From a virus, in IMG/VR virus record IMGVR_UViG_3300001765_000052: a DNA stretch of 64,000 bases. One strand, 5' to 3'. Shown here one piece after another: positions 20,318 to 30,184 of this stretch. The stretch's first letter is position 1, and every line of letters begins with the position of its first letter. A program made the translations under genes and the position numbers. The notes beneath the pieces are model-generated. The model saw only the letters and a program-made list of their open reading frames with translations. It ran no database searches and had not been told where the DNA came from.

Positions 20318-21637
20318 ATGGCTAGAATTGCAATTATGGCATTAGAAGGTATGGAAGAAGAAGTAGAAAAAGACACGCGTGCACCAGAAGAAGCAGCGGT
20401 AGATACAATTGCTGATTCACCTGAGCAAGATGTCACAGAAATGACCGAAGAAGCTGATACCGCTACCGATATTGATGATGCAGTCGTTGAGTCAGAAGAA
20501 GTAAGTGATGCACTTACAGACATTGCTACCGAAATGAGAGCTAGTATGCTCGCTGGTGGAATGGATGAACATAGTGCAAAAGCTATTAGCTTAGCTGTTG
20601 AACATATGTGCAAACGCATTGGGTTTCCCACTCATCGCTGCGGTTTTGCACTAGAAGGTTTCAGCAAAAAAGAAACACGTGTACAAGCTACCAAAATTGC
20701 CATGGAATCAGCCATGGACAAGGTGAAAGCCATTGGTAAAACTATCATGGAAGCCATCAGAAAAGTTATCGAAGCAGTGCAAAAATTCTTCGCTAATTTA
20801 TTCAATGCTGCTAAGAAAAACAAGTCACGCGCAGAAACAATTATTGCTGCTGCTAATAAAGCCAAAAGTCTAGCGCCTAAGCAAATCAAAGGCAACAAGC
20901 TATTGGTTCGTGGTGGCAAATTCATTGCACCAGATAAGCTAGCATCCACATTACAAGAAAATCATAATCTTCTTAACAATGGTGTTTTACGCTCATTATC
21001 TGATGTTAATACATTTAAAAAAGTTATTAATTTAGCAGTTGATTCTCTGAAAAATGTTGATATTGAAAAAATCAATGATAACATTACTGAATACAATAAG
21101 ATAGTTGAATCGCAATTTGCCTGGGGTGACAGGAAAGAAGAAGATGGCGGTGTTGAATTTACAAGCAAAGCTGCATTCATAGGTGATAAAAATTATGTTG
21201 TTAAAGCTAGCGGCAAGTTCTTTAAACTTGATAAGTTTGGATTTGAAAATACAAAAGATTTCAAAGAAGTAGCTGATGCTGAAGTTACAAACTTAACTTC
21301 CGAACAAGCTATTGCTGTCTGTGAAAATATCATTGTAATAATGGATGATTTTCTTGAAAAAGAGAAAACAATCAAAGATCTTAAAGATGCTTCGTTTTCA
21401 TTTTTAAGCAGTTTAAAAACGGGTTACGACACCGATAAAACATTACATGATAAAGGTACTGGCGAGACAGATTCCGGTAATATTGCGACTACCTTAACTG
21501 CTGTTATCACCAGCGTGAATAGTGTAGTTCGTTTTACCAACATATCACTGACTAAAATTCGTAGTTATGAAATGTCGGTAGCCGGGGCAGCTCTTAGCTA
21601 TGCGGCAAGTTCTATCAGTGGTGGAAGTGATAAATAA
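20318..21637 (+). CDS. Internal head protein paralogue
   Basis: MALE, AVE, ALE, AME sites; N-terminus nearly identical to the upstream paralogue. Confidence 0.72.
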   Translation: MARIAIMALEGMEEEVEKDTRAPEEAAVDTIADSPEQDVTEMTEEADTATDIDDAVVESEEVSDALTDIATEMRASMLAGGMDEHSAKAISLAVEHMCKRIGFPTHRCGFALEGFSKKETRVQATKIAMESAMDKVKAIGKTIMEAIRKVIEAVQKFFANLFNAAKKNKSRAETIIAAANKAKSLAPKQIKGNKLLVRGGKFIAPDKLASTLQENHNLLNNGVLRSLSDVNTFKKVINLAVDSLKNVDIEKINDNITEYNKIVESQFAWGDRKEEDGGVEFTSKAAFIGDKNYVVKASGKFFKLDKFGFENTKDFKEVADAEVTNLTSEQAIAVCENIIVIMDDFLEKEKTIKDLKDASFSFLSSLKTGYDTDKTLHDKGTGETDSGNIATTLTAVITSVNSVVRFTNISLTKIRSYEMSVAGAALSYAASSISGGSDK

Positions 21638-21711
21638 CAAGCACTGCCAGCACCAGATAAAGCTCTTCCAGCACCAACAAAGTAATTAAGCTAGACGGGT
21701 AAATAACATAT

Positions 21712-21752
21712 TAGCTCCACCTATATTAGTGTGACTAATATAGGTGGAGCTA
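21712..21752. terminator. Inverted repeat after the head paralogue array
   Basis: TAGCTCCACCTATATTAGT/ACTAATATAGGTGGAGCTA. Confidence 0.75.
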
Positions 21753-21812
21753 TGTTTTATATGTGAATTAAAAAACAAAGCAAAACATTGTGTGAGCTAC
21801 AAAAGGATACAC

Positions 21813-23375
21813 ATGCCAAATATTATATTACCAATTGATGACTTGCAAGACAGTGTTAAGAGACCAGTGATATTTGATATCATAAGACAGGTTATGGATA
21901 TCACACAAATATCACATAAGACACAAATTATGTTTCTTGGTGATGAGGGTCGAGCTGCCCAGCAAAATAGTACTATTGATAAAAATAACTTTTTTGAGAA
22001 TAGATGGAACTATAATGAAAAGGTAACTATTGAAGTCGATGAAGATTATGATAGAAATCATCTTATCAATACATACATCAAGCAACCAGAAACAAATTAT
22101 ATTTTCAAAGACGAAGATATCCCTATCTATATCAAACCAGTTTACTCAATGAGCGAAGTAAAGATAACAGTTAAGTATCGTACTCGTGATAAAAATCAAG
22201 CTAACCGATGGCATAATGATATTCGCACTAACATTGCAAATATGCGAGATATTAATTTGCATGAAATCACTTATCATTATCACTTACAAGAACAGTTCAT
22301 TGTTATTTTAAAAGAACTTCATAGATTAAGAGAAAATGTAGCTGGTTATAATGAGAGTTGGGATGATTACTTTATTAATAGGTTAACTAGTAAAGCCAGT
22401 ATTATATCAAACATGTCTGGTCAACAAGTACTTTGGGCAATTGCAGAAAAACAAATTAGAGTACAAGGTTATTTTGACTTTGAAGGCGCACCTGAAAAAG
22501 GAGATAGAGATGGTGATCATGATAACTGGGGTACTAGTTTTGTGTATACATTTGGATATCAAAAACCAATTGAGTGTAATATGTACTACCCAATTGTTAT
22601 TCATAACCAACTCATCCCTGAAGATTACAGAATAAAAGATAAAGATTATACAATCGAAGATCAGTTAAGAACTTTTACAAAATCCGGTAGGGCATTTGCT
22701 GAATTTGAAAGTGATATGAAATCACTTTCAATTAAAGGTAATGACGGCGTAGCTATTCCATACTTTGATGAATTTATGCCATTCAGTATACTGCCATCTA
22801 CTATTCGAGTATTAACTGGACTTACTGTAATAAATGAAGAAGATAAATTAACTTTATTTGATCTAAAAGATTTAGGTAATATTAGTTTAGATCCGGTTAT
22901 ATTAGATTTTTTAATTAATTCGGAATACCCTTATATATGTAAATATTTTAAATCTATATTTTCATTAAGTTTATATAGAGGTGGATTTTTAACATCATCA
23001 GACAATTTAGAGATAGATCAAAATTTAATTGTTAAAAGTAAAATCGAATTATCCCTTAGAAAAACATACCATGTTAGACTAAGTTTAGTTACGGATTTAT
23101 CTTATTTACCATTAGATGCAATAGCACGTCTAAGAAAATACCCTGATGCGGCTAGAAAAATCATTAATGCTATTAATACAGCAGTTATTGACTTAGGCGG
23201 ACAAGAAGATATTAAAAAGAATACTTTGAGTGGATCAGATTTAGCAACCATCACTAAAATTATTGGAGCTAATGATGATAAAGAAAATCTTATTTATACA
23301 AATGATACTGCTGGTAGAGGAACTCGTATGAATTTTATGCAATATTTATTTGTCCAAGCATTTAGAAAGGATTAA
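21813..23375 (+). CDS. Virion structural protein (phiKZ gp98-like)
   Basis: RBS AAGGA before MPNIILP (track start 21744 lies in a hairpin); synteny. Confidence 0.65.
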   Translation: MPNIILPIDDLQDSVKRPVIFDIIRQVMDITQISHKTQIMFLGDEGRAAQQNSTIDKNNFFENRWNYNEKVTIEVDEDYDRNHLINTYIKQPETNYIFKDEDIPIYIKPVYSMSEVKITVKYRTRDKNQANRWHNDIRTNIANMRDINLHEITYHYHLQEQFIVILKELHRLRENVAGYNESWDDYFINRLTSKASIISNMSGQQVLWAIAEKQIRVQGYFDFEGAPEKGDRDGDHDNWGTSFVYTFGYQKPIECNMYYPIVIHNQLIPEDYRIKDKDYTIEDQLRTFTKSGRAFAEFESDMKSLSIKGNDGVAIPYFDEFMPFSILPSTIRVLTGLTVINEEDKLTLFDLKDLGNISLDPVILDFLINSEYPYICKYFKSIFSLSLYRGGFLTSSDNLEIDQNLIVKSKIELSLRKTYHVRLSLVTDLSYLPLDAIARLRKYPDAARKIINAINTAVIDLGGQEDIKKNTLSGSDLATITKIIGANDDKENLIYTNDTAGRGTRMNFMQYLFVQAFRKD

Positions 23376-23378
23376 TCT

Positions 23379-24767
23379 ATGGCACTCATTACTGGAGACC
23401 CGTTAAGAATAGATGGTATCGTTAAATCAAACCCATTAACACTACCATCCAGTGCTGTCAATACAGTTTTAGTTAATGATAGAAACTATAAATCTACTGT
23501 AGTTGATTTAAAATGGGAACCACGAGTTAACCTTTTAACTCACATTGAAGGTAGTTCTTGGGTAGTTGATTACTATAGTCAGATTATTACTACTGACTCT
23601 AATCTTTCTGGTCAACAATATACAAAAAACCCCGTTTACCAATCATACACTTTGATTAAAAATATGGAGATGAAAGTGTCGTCCCCACTTTCTACATCAC
23701 AAGATGCTGAATCAAAATCAATGTTGGTTACAGGTAGTTCACTTTTATATCCTTTCATTATCCCTAATGAAGGTGATATGTTTATAGCCGATATAGGTGA
23801 AGGTAAAATCGGTATATTCAGAATTACAGATTCTATTAAGAAAAGTATTTTTAAAGAATCTTGTTACGAAATAAGTTATGGTTTAAATAATGATGAAATT
23901 CTTACAGTAGAAGATCTATCACAAAAAACAGTCAAGACATACTACTTTCATAAAGACTTTTTAACATTTGGACAGAATCCACTTCTAATCAGTACTGATA
24001 ACGATGTGTTAATTAGTCTAGATAAAGCATATAGAAATCTTGCACACCAGTATTTTAGAAAATTCTTTAGTGATGAATTTAAAACTATTATGGTTCCGGC
24101 GCAACCATTCACAGTTTACGATCACTTTTTAGTAGATTATCTATTATCAGAATTTAATACTAGGGATTCTCAAGAAATAAGATATATTAGAAAACTAAAC
24201 TTAGATGATGATCTAACGATGAAATGTGATAGTTTTTGGAAAGCATTAAAATACAGAGATGTATCTTATATGAATACAATCTTTGCAAAGTCTGGTTTAG
24301 TTAACACTAGACAATTTACCAGTGATCCAGTTTTAGAAGGTATACGTTATACAGGTATTGATAAAGTTGTTTATCCATCTGACCCTACAGTCATTACGGA
24401 TTATTTCTTAATCAATAGGAGTAAACTACTAGACATAGAAACACTATCACCTAGTCCAATAGTACCTGGATCATCTAACGAAATGATCAGAGCTATTAAT
24501 CTTAGAGGTACTGTCAGTACTATTATTGAATCAGTATATCCTATTACAATAGATGACTTCTATGTATTTAGTAGAAATTTCTACGATAGAACAAATACGC
24601 AATCTGTATTAGAAAGTGTAGTTTGGGAATATTTAGAAAATAAACCTATCGATTATGCTCAACTTCTTGATACTACTAAAACTTATTTTAGATGGGGTAT
24701 ATTAGAACAATTTTATTATATACCAATTATAATGACTTTAATCAAATCAGCAATTAGAGGATTTTAA
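23379..24767 (+). CDS. Virion structural protein (phiKZ gp99-like, neck candidate)
   Basis: IEGSSWVVDYYSQ, PNEGDMFIADIGEG; synteny. Confidence 0.65.
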   Translation: MALITGDPLRIDGIVKSNPLTLPSSAVNTVLVNDRNYKSTVVDLKWEPRVNLLTHIEGSSWVVDYYSQIITTDSNLSGQQYTKNPVYQSYTLIKNMEMKVSSPLSTSQDAESKSMLVTGSSLLYPFIIPNEGDMFIADIGEGKIGIFRITDSIKKSIFKESCYEISYGLNNDEILTVEDLSQKTVKTYYFHKDFLTFGQNPLLISTDNDVLISLDKAYRNLAHQYFRKFFSDEFKTIMVPAQPFTVYDHFLVDYLLSEFNTRDSQEIRYIRKLNLDDDLTMKCDSFWKALKYRDVSYMNTIFAKSGLVNTRQFTSDPVLEGIRYTGIDKVVYPSDPTVITDYFLINRSKLLDIETLSPSPIVPGSSNEMIRAINLRGTVSTIIESVYPITIDDFYVFSRNFYDRTNTQSVLESVVWEYLENKPIDYAQLLDTTKTYFRWGILEQFYYIPIIMTLIKSAIRGF

Positions 24768-25358
24768 ATGGATGCTAAAGTACTGTCATCAAGTGATTTA
24801 GAAAAAACTGGATCTTTAATATGGGAGAGATTATTTCTAACATCAATGTGTTATAAAGATACTTTATCAGTAGAGCATATTAGGTTATTTGGTATGCCAA
24901 CAGTAGGTGATACTACAATTGATAATGATATTCATAACCAAGTAGTTGATAGATATCTCACCATTAATCAAATGGTCGATTATTTTAAAAAAGGTATTCA
25001 GGTATCAATTAAAATACACCCTGAAACAGAGGATATTTATAATATAATATCTGCATATCTTTTTGCTTGGAAACGCTATTTAGATAATGGAATAAATATA
25101 GGTGGTGCGCCTATAGAAGATTTGATAGCACTAGATCGTTTTGCAAGTTCAGTTTACGATCATGCGGTGGAACATATTACGGAAGATTACATTCAATCTA
25201 GTATGTTAAGGTATGTCAGCAATAATAAATTAAGTAGATCTACTTTTGAAAAGAAACAAGTTATACATGAAGGTACTGGTGAAGTTAAGCGCCGTGAAAG
25301 TTTAGCTGAATCATTTTCAAATAAAATATACTCAGCAAAAACAAGATTATGGAGATAA
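24768..25358 (+). CDS. Conserved phiKZ-like protein (gp100-like)
   Basis: APIEDLIALDRFA; synteny. Confidence 0.6.
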   Translation: MDAKVLSSSDLEKTGSLIWERLFLTSMCYKDTLSVEHIRLFGMPTVGDTTIDNDIHNQVVDRYLTINQMVDYFKKGIQVSIKIHPETEDIYNIISAYLFAWKRYLDNGINIGGAPIEDLIALDRFASSVYDHAVEHITEDYIQSSMLRYVSNNKLSRSTFEKKQVIHEGTGEVKRRESLAESFSNKIYSAKTRLWR

Positions 25359-25361
25359 AGT

Positions 25362-26723
25362 GTGGAAATAGAAAAAACACCCCTATGGAAAGATTCCAGA
25401 GATATTATTCTCAATGGAGATGATGAAGCTAAAGTCGGCTGGACTGCTATCATACATCTTAATAACGAGGAAAAAGAAATATATAAACCTATACAAGTTA
25501 AAGCTATTGATATCAGTAGAGACTATTGTTATGGCTATGCTGATGAAATAACTTGTACTCTAGAAATACCTTTGGGTAAATATGCTAGACGAATTTACCC
25601 AAATAGAAATCATTTAGAAATTACATTAACAAAGAAACCATTAATTGGTTATGGTAGAGATATAAATAAAGAAATACCAGAAAATACTGAAAAGTATACT
25701 GCTACTCTTATAGATGAGGGTAGATCAATTGTAGAAGGCCAAGGTACAGAAACAAATGATGAATATGCATTAGACTTAATGAGTATTCCACCTATTAAAT
25801 TTCAACTCTATACAAAAGCAGTAGAACAAATAAGAATGATAACTGTTGGTGGTATATTTAGACAAACAAAACTCGATGATGTTATTAAAGGTATTTTAAC
25901 AAAAGAAACACAAAAAATAAAAATAGATAAAAAACTAATGTTAAAGGGTGTAGATTTAATACCAATATCTAACAAAGAAAAAAAAGAACATGTTGTAATC
26001 ACTCATGGAATTAAACTTTATGATTTACCTAATTATATTCAAAATAAGTATGGTGTTTATAATTCTGGATTAGGTAGTTATATACAAAATAATTTTTGGT
26101 ATATTTTTACATTATACGATACAACTCAATTTGAAAAAAGAGAAAAGACATTAACTATGTTAATTCTCCCTATAACTAAATGTCCTGAAATAGAAAAATC
26201 ATATAAGAAAAAAGGTGATGCTTTAACTATCCTTATATCAAGTGACACTAGTTTTAAAGATGAAACAGATAAGAAATATCTTAACAATGGTAATGGTGTT
26301 AGATTAGGTGATTCGAGAAAATTTTTAAATAATTATAGCACAACAGAAGATAATAAAACAAAAGTAGTTAGAATAGAAAATAACAGTGAATTTATTACAG
26401 ATAAAAGAGATAATGAATTAAACATTGTTAATGTAACTGGTAATAGAATTACATCAAATCCTTTTGTAGTATATTCAGATATGTGTTGCAGAAAAGGTGG
26501 ATTATATCAATGCATATGGGAAAATTCAAACCCTAGTTTAATATTTCCAGGTATGCTAGTTAAAATTATATACTTTGATAAAACAGATATTGTAGAGATA
26601 TATGGAGTTATACTCGGTACTAAAAGTACTAGTCTTAGAATTGGTGAAATTAATTCAAAACGACATACTACAAATACAAATCTATATATCTTTGTTCAAA
26701 ATAAACCAAAGGAAGTAAAATGA
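25362..26723 (+). CDS. Virion structural protein (phiKZ gp101-like, hub candidate)
   Basis: YIQNKYGVYNSGLGSY, WENSNPSLIFPGM; synteny. Confidence 0.62.
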   Translation: MEIEKTPLWKDSRDIILNGDDEAKVGWTAIIHLNNEEKEIYKPIQVKAIDISRDYCYGYADEITCTLEIPLGKYARRIYPNRNHLEITLTKKPLIGYGRDINKEIPENTEKYTATLIDEGRSIVEGQGTETNDEYALDLMSIPPIKFQLYTKAVEQIRMITVGGIFRQTKLDDVIKGILTKETQKIKIDKKLMLKGVDLIPISNKEKKEHVVITHGIKLYDLPNYIQNKYGVYNSGLGSYIQNNFWYIFTLYDTTQFEKREKTLTMLILPITKCPEIEKSYKKKGDALTILISSDTSFKDETDKKYLNNGNGVRLGDSRKFLNNYSTTEDNKTKVVRIENNSEFITDKRDNELNIVNVTGNRITSNPFVVYSDMCCRKGGLYQCIWENSNPSLIFPGMLVKIIYFDKTDIVEIYGVILGTKSTSLRIGEINSKRHTTNTNLYIFVQNKPKEVK

Positions 26724-27415
26724 ATACAGGAATATTTATATCGTTAGAAGGCGTAGATGCAAGTGGTAAAAGTACAATGGTAGATCACATTGCACAAGAG
26801 TTCGAAAAAATGGGTAGAGTAGTAGTTAAAACTAGAGAACCAGGTGGTACTATTGTTTCTTCTAAATTAAGAGATATTTTAATTAATACTGAAAAAGAAA
26901 CAATAGATCCAGTCGCACAACTATTAATGTTTTTATCATCTAGGATACAAAATATACAAAATATAATTATACCTGCACTACTAGAAAATAAAATAGTAAT
27001 ATGCGATAGATTTATGGATTCAGCAGTATGCTACCAAGGCTGTTTAAAGGGTCTACAGTGGACTATCGAATCACTGTCTAGTATAGACTCACTAAGATAC
27101 TTAAAAGAGCGCCCAGACCACACTATTTTCTTTAATGTAGATCCAGATGTTTCTTTAAGTAGAGCTACCTCCAGAGGTGAACTCAACCAATTAGATAAAG
27201 AGTATTTGGATGAAAGAGAAAAAATAGTATATTATTTTAGAAAACATTTTGAATCAATAAAATTCATAGAAGATTCTTCTAAATATAGTATACACACTGT
27301 TAATTCAAATGTTAGTATAGATGAAGTTAAACAAGTGTTATCCACAATGATACAAGATAACAAATTAAATTGTAAAAAAAATTCTTTCTTTAAAAGAATA
27401 ACACATAGGTATTAA
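26720..27415 (+). CDS. tmk: Thymidylate kinase
   Basis: FISLEGVDASGKST, TREPGG, ICDRF..S..YQG. Confidence 0.93.
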   Translation: MNTGIFISLEGVDASGKSTMVDHIAQEFEKMGRVVVKTREPGGTIVSSKLRDILINTEKETIDPVAQLLMFLSSRIQNIQNIIIPALLENKIVICDRFMDSAVCYQGCLKGLQWTIESLSSIDSLRYLKERPDHTIFFNVDPDVSLSRATSRGELNQLDKEYLDEREKIVYYFRKHFESIKFIEDSSKYSIHTVNSNVSIDEVKQVLSTMIQDNKLNCKKNSFFKRITHRY

Positions 27416-27457
27416 TAAAATCCACTATTAGTTTTTAGCTAATAGTGGATTTTATAT

Positions 27458-28279
27458 TTAAACTATTTTTAAATGAGAATATTTATGTTTTGAAAAATAT
27501 TGACTATCTTTTAAATACAAATAGATATTCTTATCCATTATGAAATAATCTAATGGAATATATATACCAGATAAAAAGTAGCATATAGTTAATAATTTTT
27601 TTAAATTATTAATATCGCCATTAAGTGTTTTAAATAATTTTAAATTATTTTTTTCTATAAGTGACATCAAACGAATAATATTTGGACACTTATTAGCATT
27701 TCTAGATACATAAAAAAATCCTTGATCAATTACATCAATAATTTCTTTCATTTGAAGTATATCTGCACCTGTTGATTCTTGCAATAAGTTAACATCAATA
27801 TCATTTATGTCAGTTTTAATTAACCTCGTAATAGCGTAATATTGTAATATAATTGTTAATGTCGTTTTATCTAAATTGAATAACACTTGCGGTATACTAA
27901 AATTAAATAATACAGCACACGCAGTAATCAATCTCTTAATATTATCTTTGCTAGTGTCAGTTAAAGTTGTGTTAGTGTGTAATTCTTTACATATATTTAA
28001 TAAATACGTCGAATTCATATGGTATATTTGATGGAAATAATTTTTAATGAAATTATCAGACCAACCACAATTTTGATTTATAAAGTCATCTAAAATTTTT
28101 TTCTTTTCGTTATCATTTAATAAAATATCCCAATTAAAATGAATCCATCCATTTTTATTTGTAATTACTTCCAGTTGGTTAACGACTGGCTTTTGTCTAT
28201 TAAAAATTTTGTCTAACATAAAAAATAAAATAACTATTAATGCACAATAAAATAAAAAATCCATATCACTTTGGTCCAT
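27458..28279 (-). CDS. Hypothetical membrane-anchored protein
   Basis: 273-aa ORF, N-terminal hydrophobic helix. Confidence 0.6.
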   Translation of the reverse strand: MDQSDMDFLFYCALIVILFFMLDKIFNRQKPVVNQLEVITNKNGWIHFNWDILLNDNEKKKILDDFINQNCGWSDNFIKNYFHQIYHMNSTYLLNICKELHTNTTLTDTSKDNIKRLITACAVLFNFSIPQVLFNLDKTTLTIILQYYAITRLIKTDINDIDVNLLQESTGADILQMKEIIDVIDQGFFYVSRNANKCPNIIRLMSLIEKNNLKLFKTLNGDINNLKKLLTICYFLSGIYIPLDYFIMDKNIYLYLKDSQYFSKHKYSHLKIV

Positions 28280-28777
28280 AAAACACCTACATTATAATTT
28301 GACACATAGAAATAGTTGATTATTTTTATTTTACTATAAATAAAAAAAGATATAGTTAAACAATATAATGAGTAAGTAAACCCAAATAATATATTAATTA
28401 ATATATTATTTATCGTCTCGTCCGCGCTACGCACGAACATCGTGCTTGGTATTTATAGTTTTATATTATTATAATTTTTTAATATATATTTAATAAATTA
28501 TATATTAAAATACATTAAAAGTTATTTTATGCCCTTTTTTGGACTTGACGTCCAAGGGCATAAAAGTCTTTAATTATTCCGAAAATGATACGGCTCGTTT
28601 GTACGACAGTACAAACTTCGCACGTAGTAGGTAAAAGGTTAAAATATAAATACCAATAGATTTAATTCGCTACGCTCTTAAATAGATATACAAACCCCCC
28701 TCCCTAACGGTTCCCCCCTCTAGGAACTATAACATACATTATGCTTATCATTTTTTACACAAACACTACAATAATAT

Positions 28778-28810
28778 TCTAGATTTTTTCAATCTTATAT
28801 TATTTTAATG
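28778..28810 (+). promoter_or_regulatory. Phage early-type promoter TCYAGAWTTTTTCARTY..ATATWAC; other copies near 1033, 1920, 8712, 35812, 36324, 40027, 40490, 45158, 47469, 51407, 55020, 60316, 63979
   Basis: Recurring intergenic motif upstream of + strand genes; core resembles the TATATTAC early promoter of phiKZ. Confidence 0.8.
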
Positions 28811-28856
28811 TGTTAGTGTCTTAACCAATGCAGTTATGCTGTAAGGAGAATTTATT

Positions 28857-29273
28857 ATGAACTGGTTTACAAAGTCTTATGTCGCTGCTACAAGTGATTT
28901 AAAGAAAACTGACCTAGTGGCTAATTGGGGTGGATGTGAACATGTAGAAGCTGACACAAAGTCATTGCACATTGTATCATACGAAAATGACCCTTGGGGT
29001 AGAGAAGGATATTGTCTCTGTAAGGAATGCTGGGACAAGTGCCAAGAGGAAGAAGAAGATAAAGAAGTGTTTTGCAATGATTGCAAGACAAAAGTAAAAA
29101 AGAAAGATTCTATTACTTGGACCTGGTATGATTTTTATGCTCCATCTGGAGACACACCACTTGTTATATGCAAAGCGTGTGCTACAAAAGAAACACATAA
29201 ACGTAGAACCCAAAAAGATGAAGCCGACAGAAAAGCTGAGTTTGGTGACCATGATAACGATTATTGCGATTAA
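28857..29273 (+). CDS. Cys-rich (CxxC) hypothetical protein, cassette gene
   Basis: Three CxxC motifs; AAGGAG RBS. Confidence 0.7.
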   Translation: MNWFTKSYVAATSDLKKTDLVANWGGCEHVEADTKSLHIVSYENDPWGREGYCLCKECWDKCQEEEEDKEVFCNDCKTKVKKKDSITWTWYDFYAPSGDTPLVICKACATKETHKRRTQKDEADRKAEFGDHDNDYCD

Positions 29274-29282
29274 CTAATGTAT

Positions 29283-29317
29283 AAAAATAAACCATTGTGG
29301 GCTCTTATTTTTTTTTT
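29283..29317 (+). terminator. Repeated cassette 3' element AAATAAACCATTGTGGGCTCTTATTTTTTT; copies 36284, 40443, variant 36743
   Basis: Near-identical sequence right after the stop codons of unrelated genes, followed by a T-tract. Confidence 0.75.
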
Positions 29318-29364
29318 GTTTAAAAACAAATATAATCACATATTACAAATATGAAAGGATTTAA

Positions 29365-29670
29365 ATGATTAATAAACCAGTAGTATTAAATTATAAAACC
29401 ATGCCATCAAATGTTGAAGGTGTAAACATAATGAGACCTAGTCCATTTGGAAATCCATTTAAAATTCCACAAGATGGAACAAGGAATGAAGTGTGTGATA
29501 AATTTGAAGCATATGTAAATTCTAATTCTGTTTTAATCCAAAAAATTAAAACAGAATTAAAAGGAAAAAACCTGGTGTGTTGTTGTAAAAAACCAAATAA
29601 AGAAGTTCGGTGTCACGGCGATACTCTTTTAAGAATCGCAAATGAAATTAATGAAAGCGATTATTTATGA
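29365..29670 (+). CDS. DUF4326-family protein
   Basis: RPSPFGNPF, ELKGKNLVCCC, CHGDTL. Confidence 0.85.
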   Translation: MINKPVVLNYKTMPSNVEGVNIMRPSPFGNPFKIPQDGTRNEVCDKFEAYVNSNSVLIQKIKTELKGKNLVCCCKKPNKEVRCHGDTLLRIANEINESDYL

Positions 29671-29975
29671 ATAAACCAGAACAAAGAATTGTTTGCGCAG
29701 CTTGTAGAAATAAAGATAATCATGTTATTATTGGAATCAGACATTTTGATACAATAATGCATACTACAATTGATGATAGATTAAACTTTTATCCAAATGA
29801 ACATTGGGCTAATTGTGAACAAGGTTTTTTAGATCAATACGGTGAATTTTTTGATAGAAAGACTAGCTGGTTAATTGCTTGCTCTGCTAATCAAATAATT
29901 CGTTTAGTAGGAAATCAAACTAAAGAAGATTTAAATAAATCGGGTGTTGAACTTTATTCTGAAAATTTATATTAA
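29667..29975 (+). CDS. Conserved phage hypothetical protein
   Basis: RIVCAA..GIRH..EQGFLDQYGEF..LYSENLY. Confidence 0.7.
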   Translation: MNKPEQRIVCAACRNKDNHVIIGIRHFDTIMHTTIDDRLNFYPNEHWANCEQGFLDQYGEFFDRKTSWLIACSANQIIRLVGNQTKEDLNKSGVELYSENLY

Positions 29976-29979
29976 AATT

Positions 29980-30154
29980 ATGTATTTTTATAAATCATTA
30001 AAAGTTATATTTTCTATAATTTTAACTATAGTTTGGTTAATTGGTATAACTATATCAAAAGGTGTAGTATCAACTTATTTTTTCAATTATATTTCCACCG
30101 TATGCTTGGTATTTAGTTGTAGAGAAAATTACTAAAATGTATGGGTTTATTTGA
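29980..30154 (+). pseudogene. Small membrane protein gene with one extra base in a T-run
   Basis: MYFYK...KGVVSTYF continues in a shifted frame as SIIFPPYAWYLVVEKITKMYGFI*; 175 nt = 3n+1. Confidence 0.55.
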
Positions 30155-30184
30155 CATTAATATTTTTTAAAAAGGAAATTAAAA

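Noticed and set aside
18891-21375. Minus-strand ORFs opposite the head paralogues
   Set aside because: Antisense shadows with no RBS or recognisable motifs.
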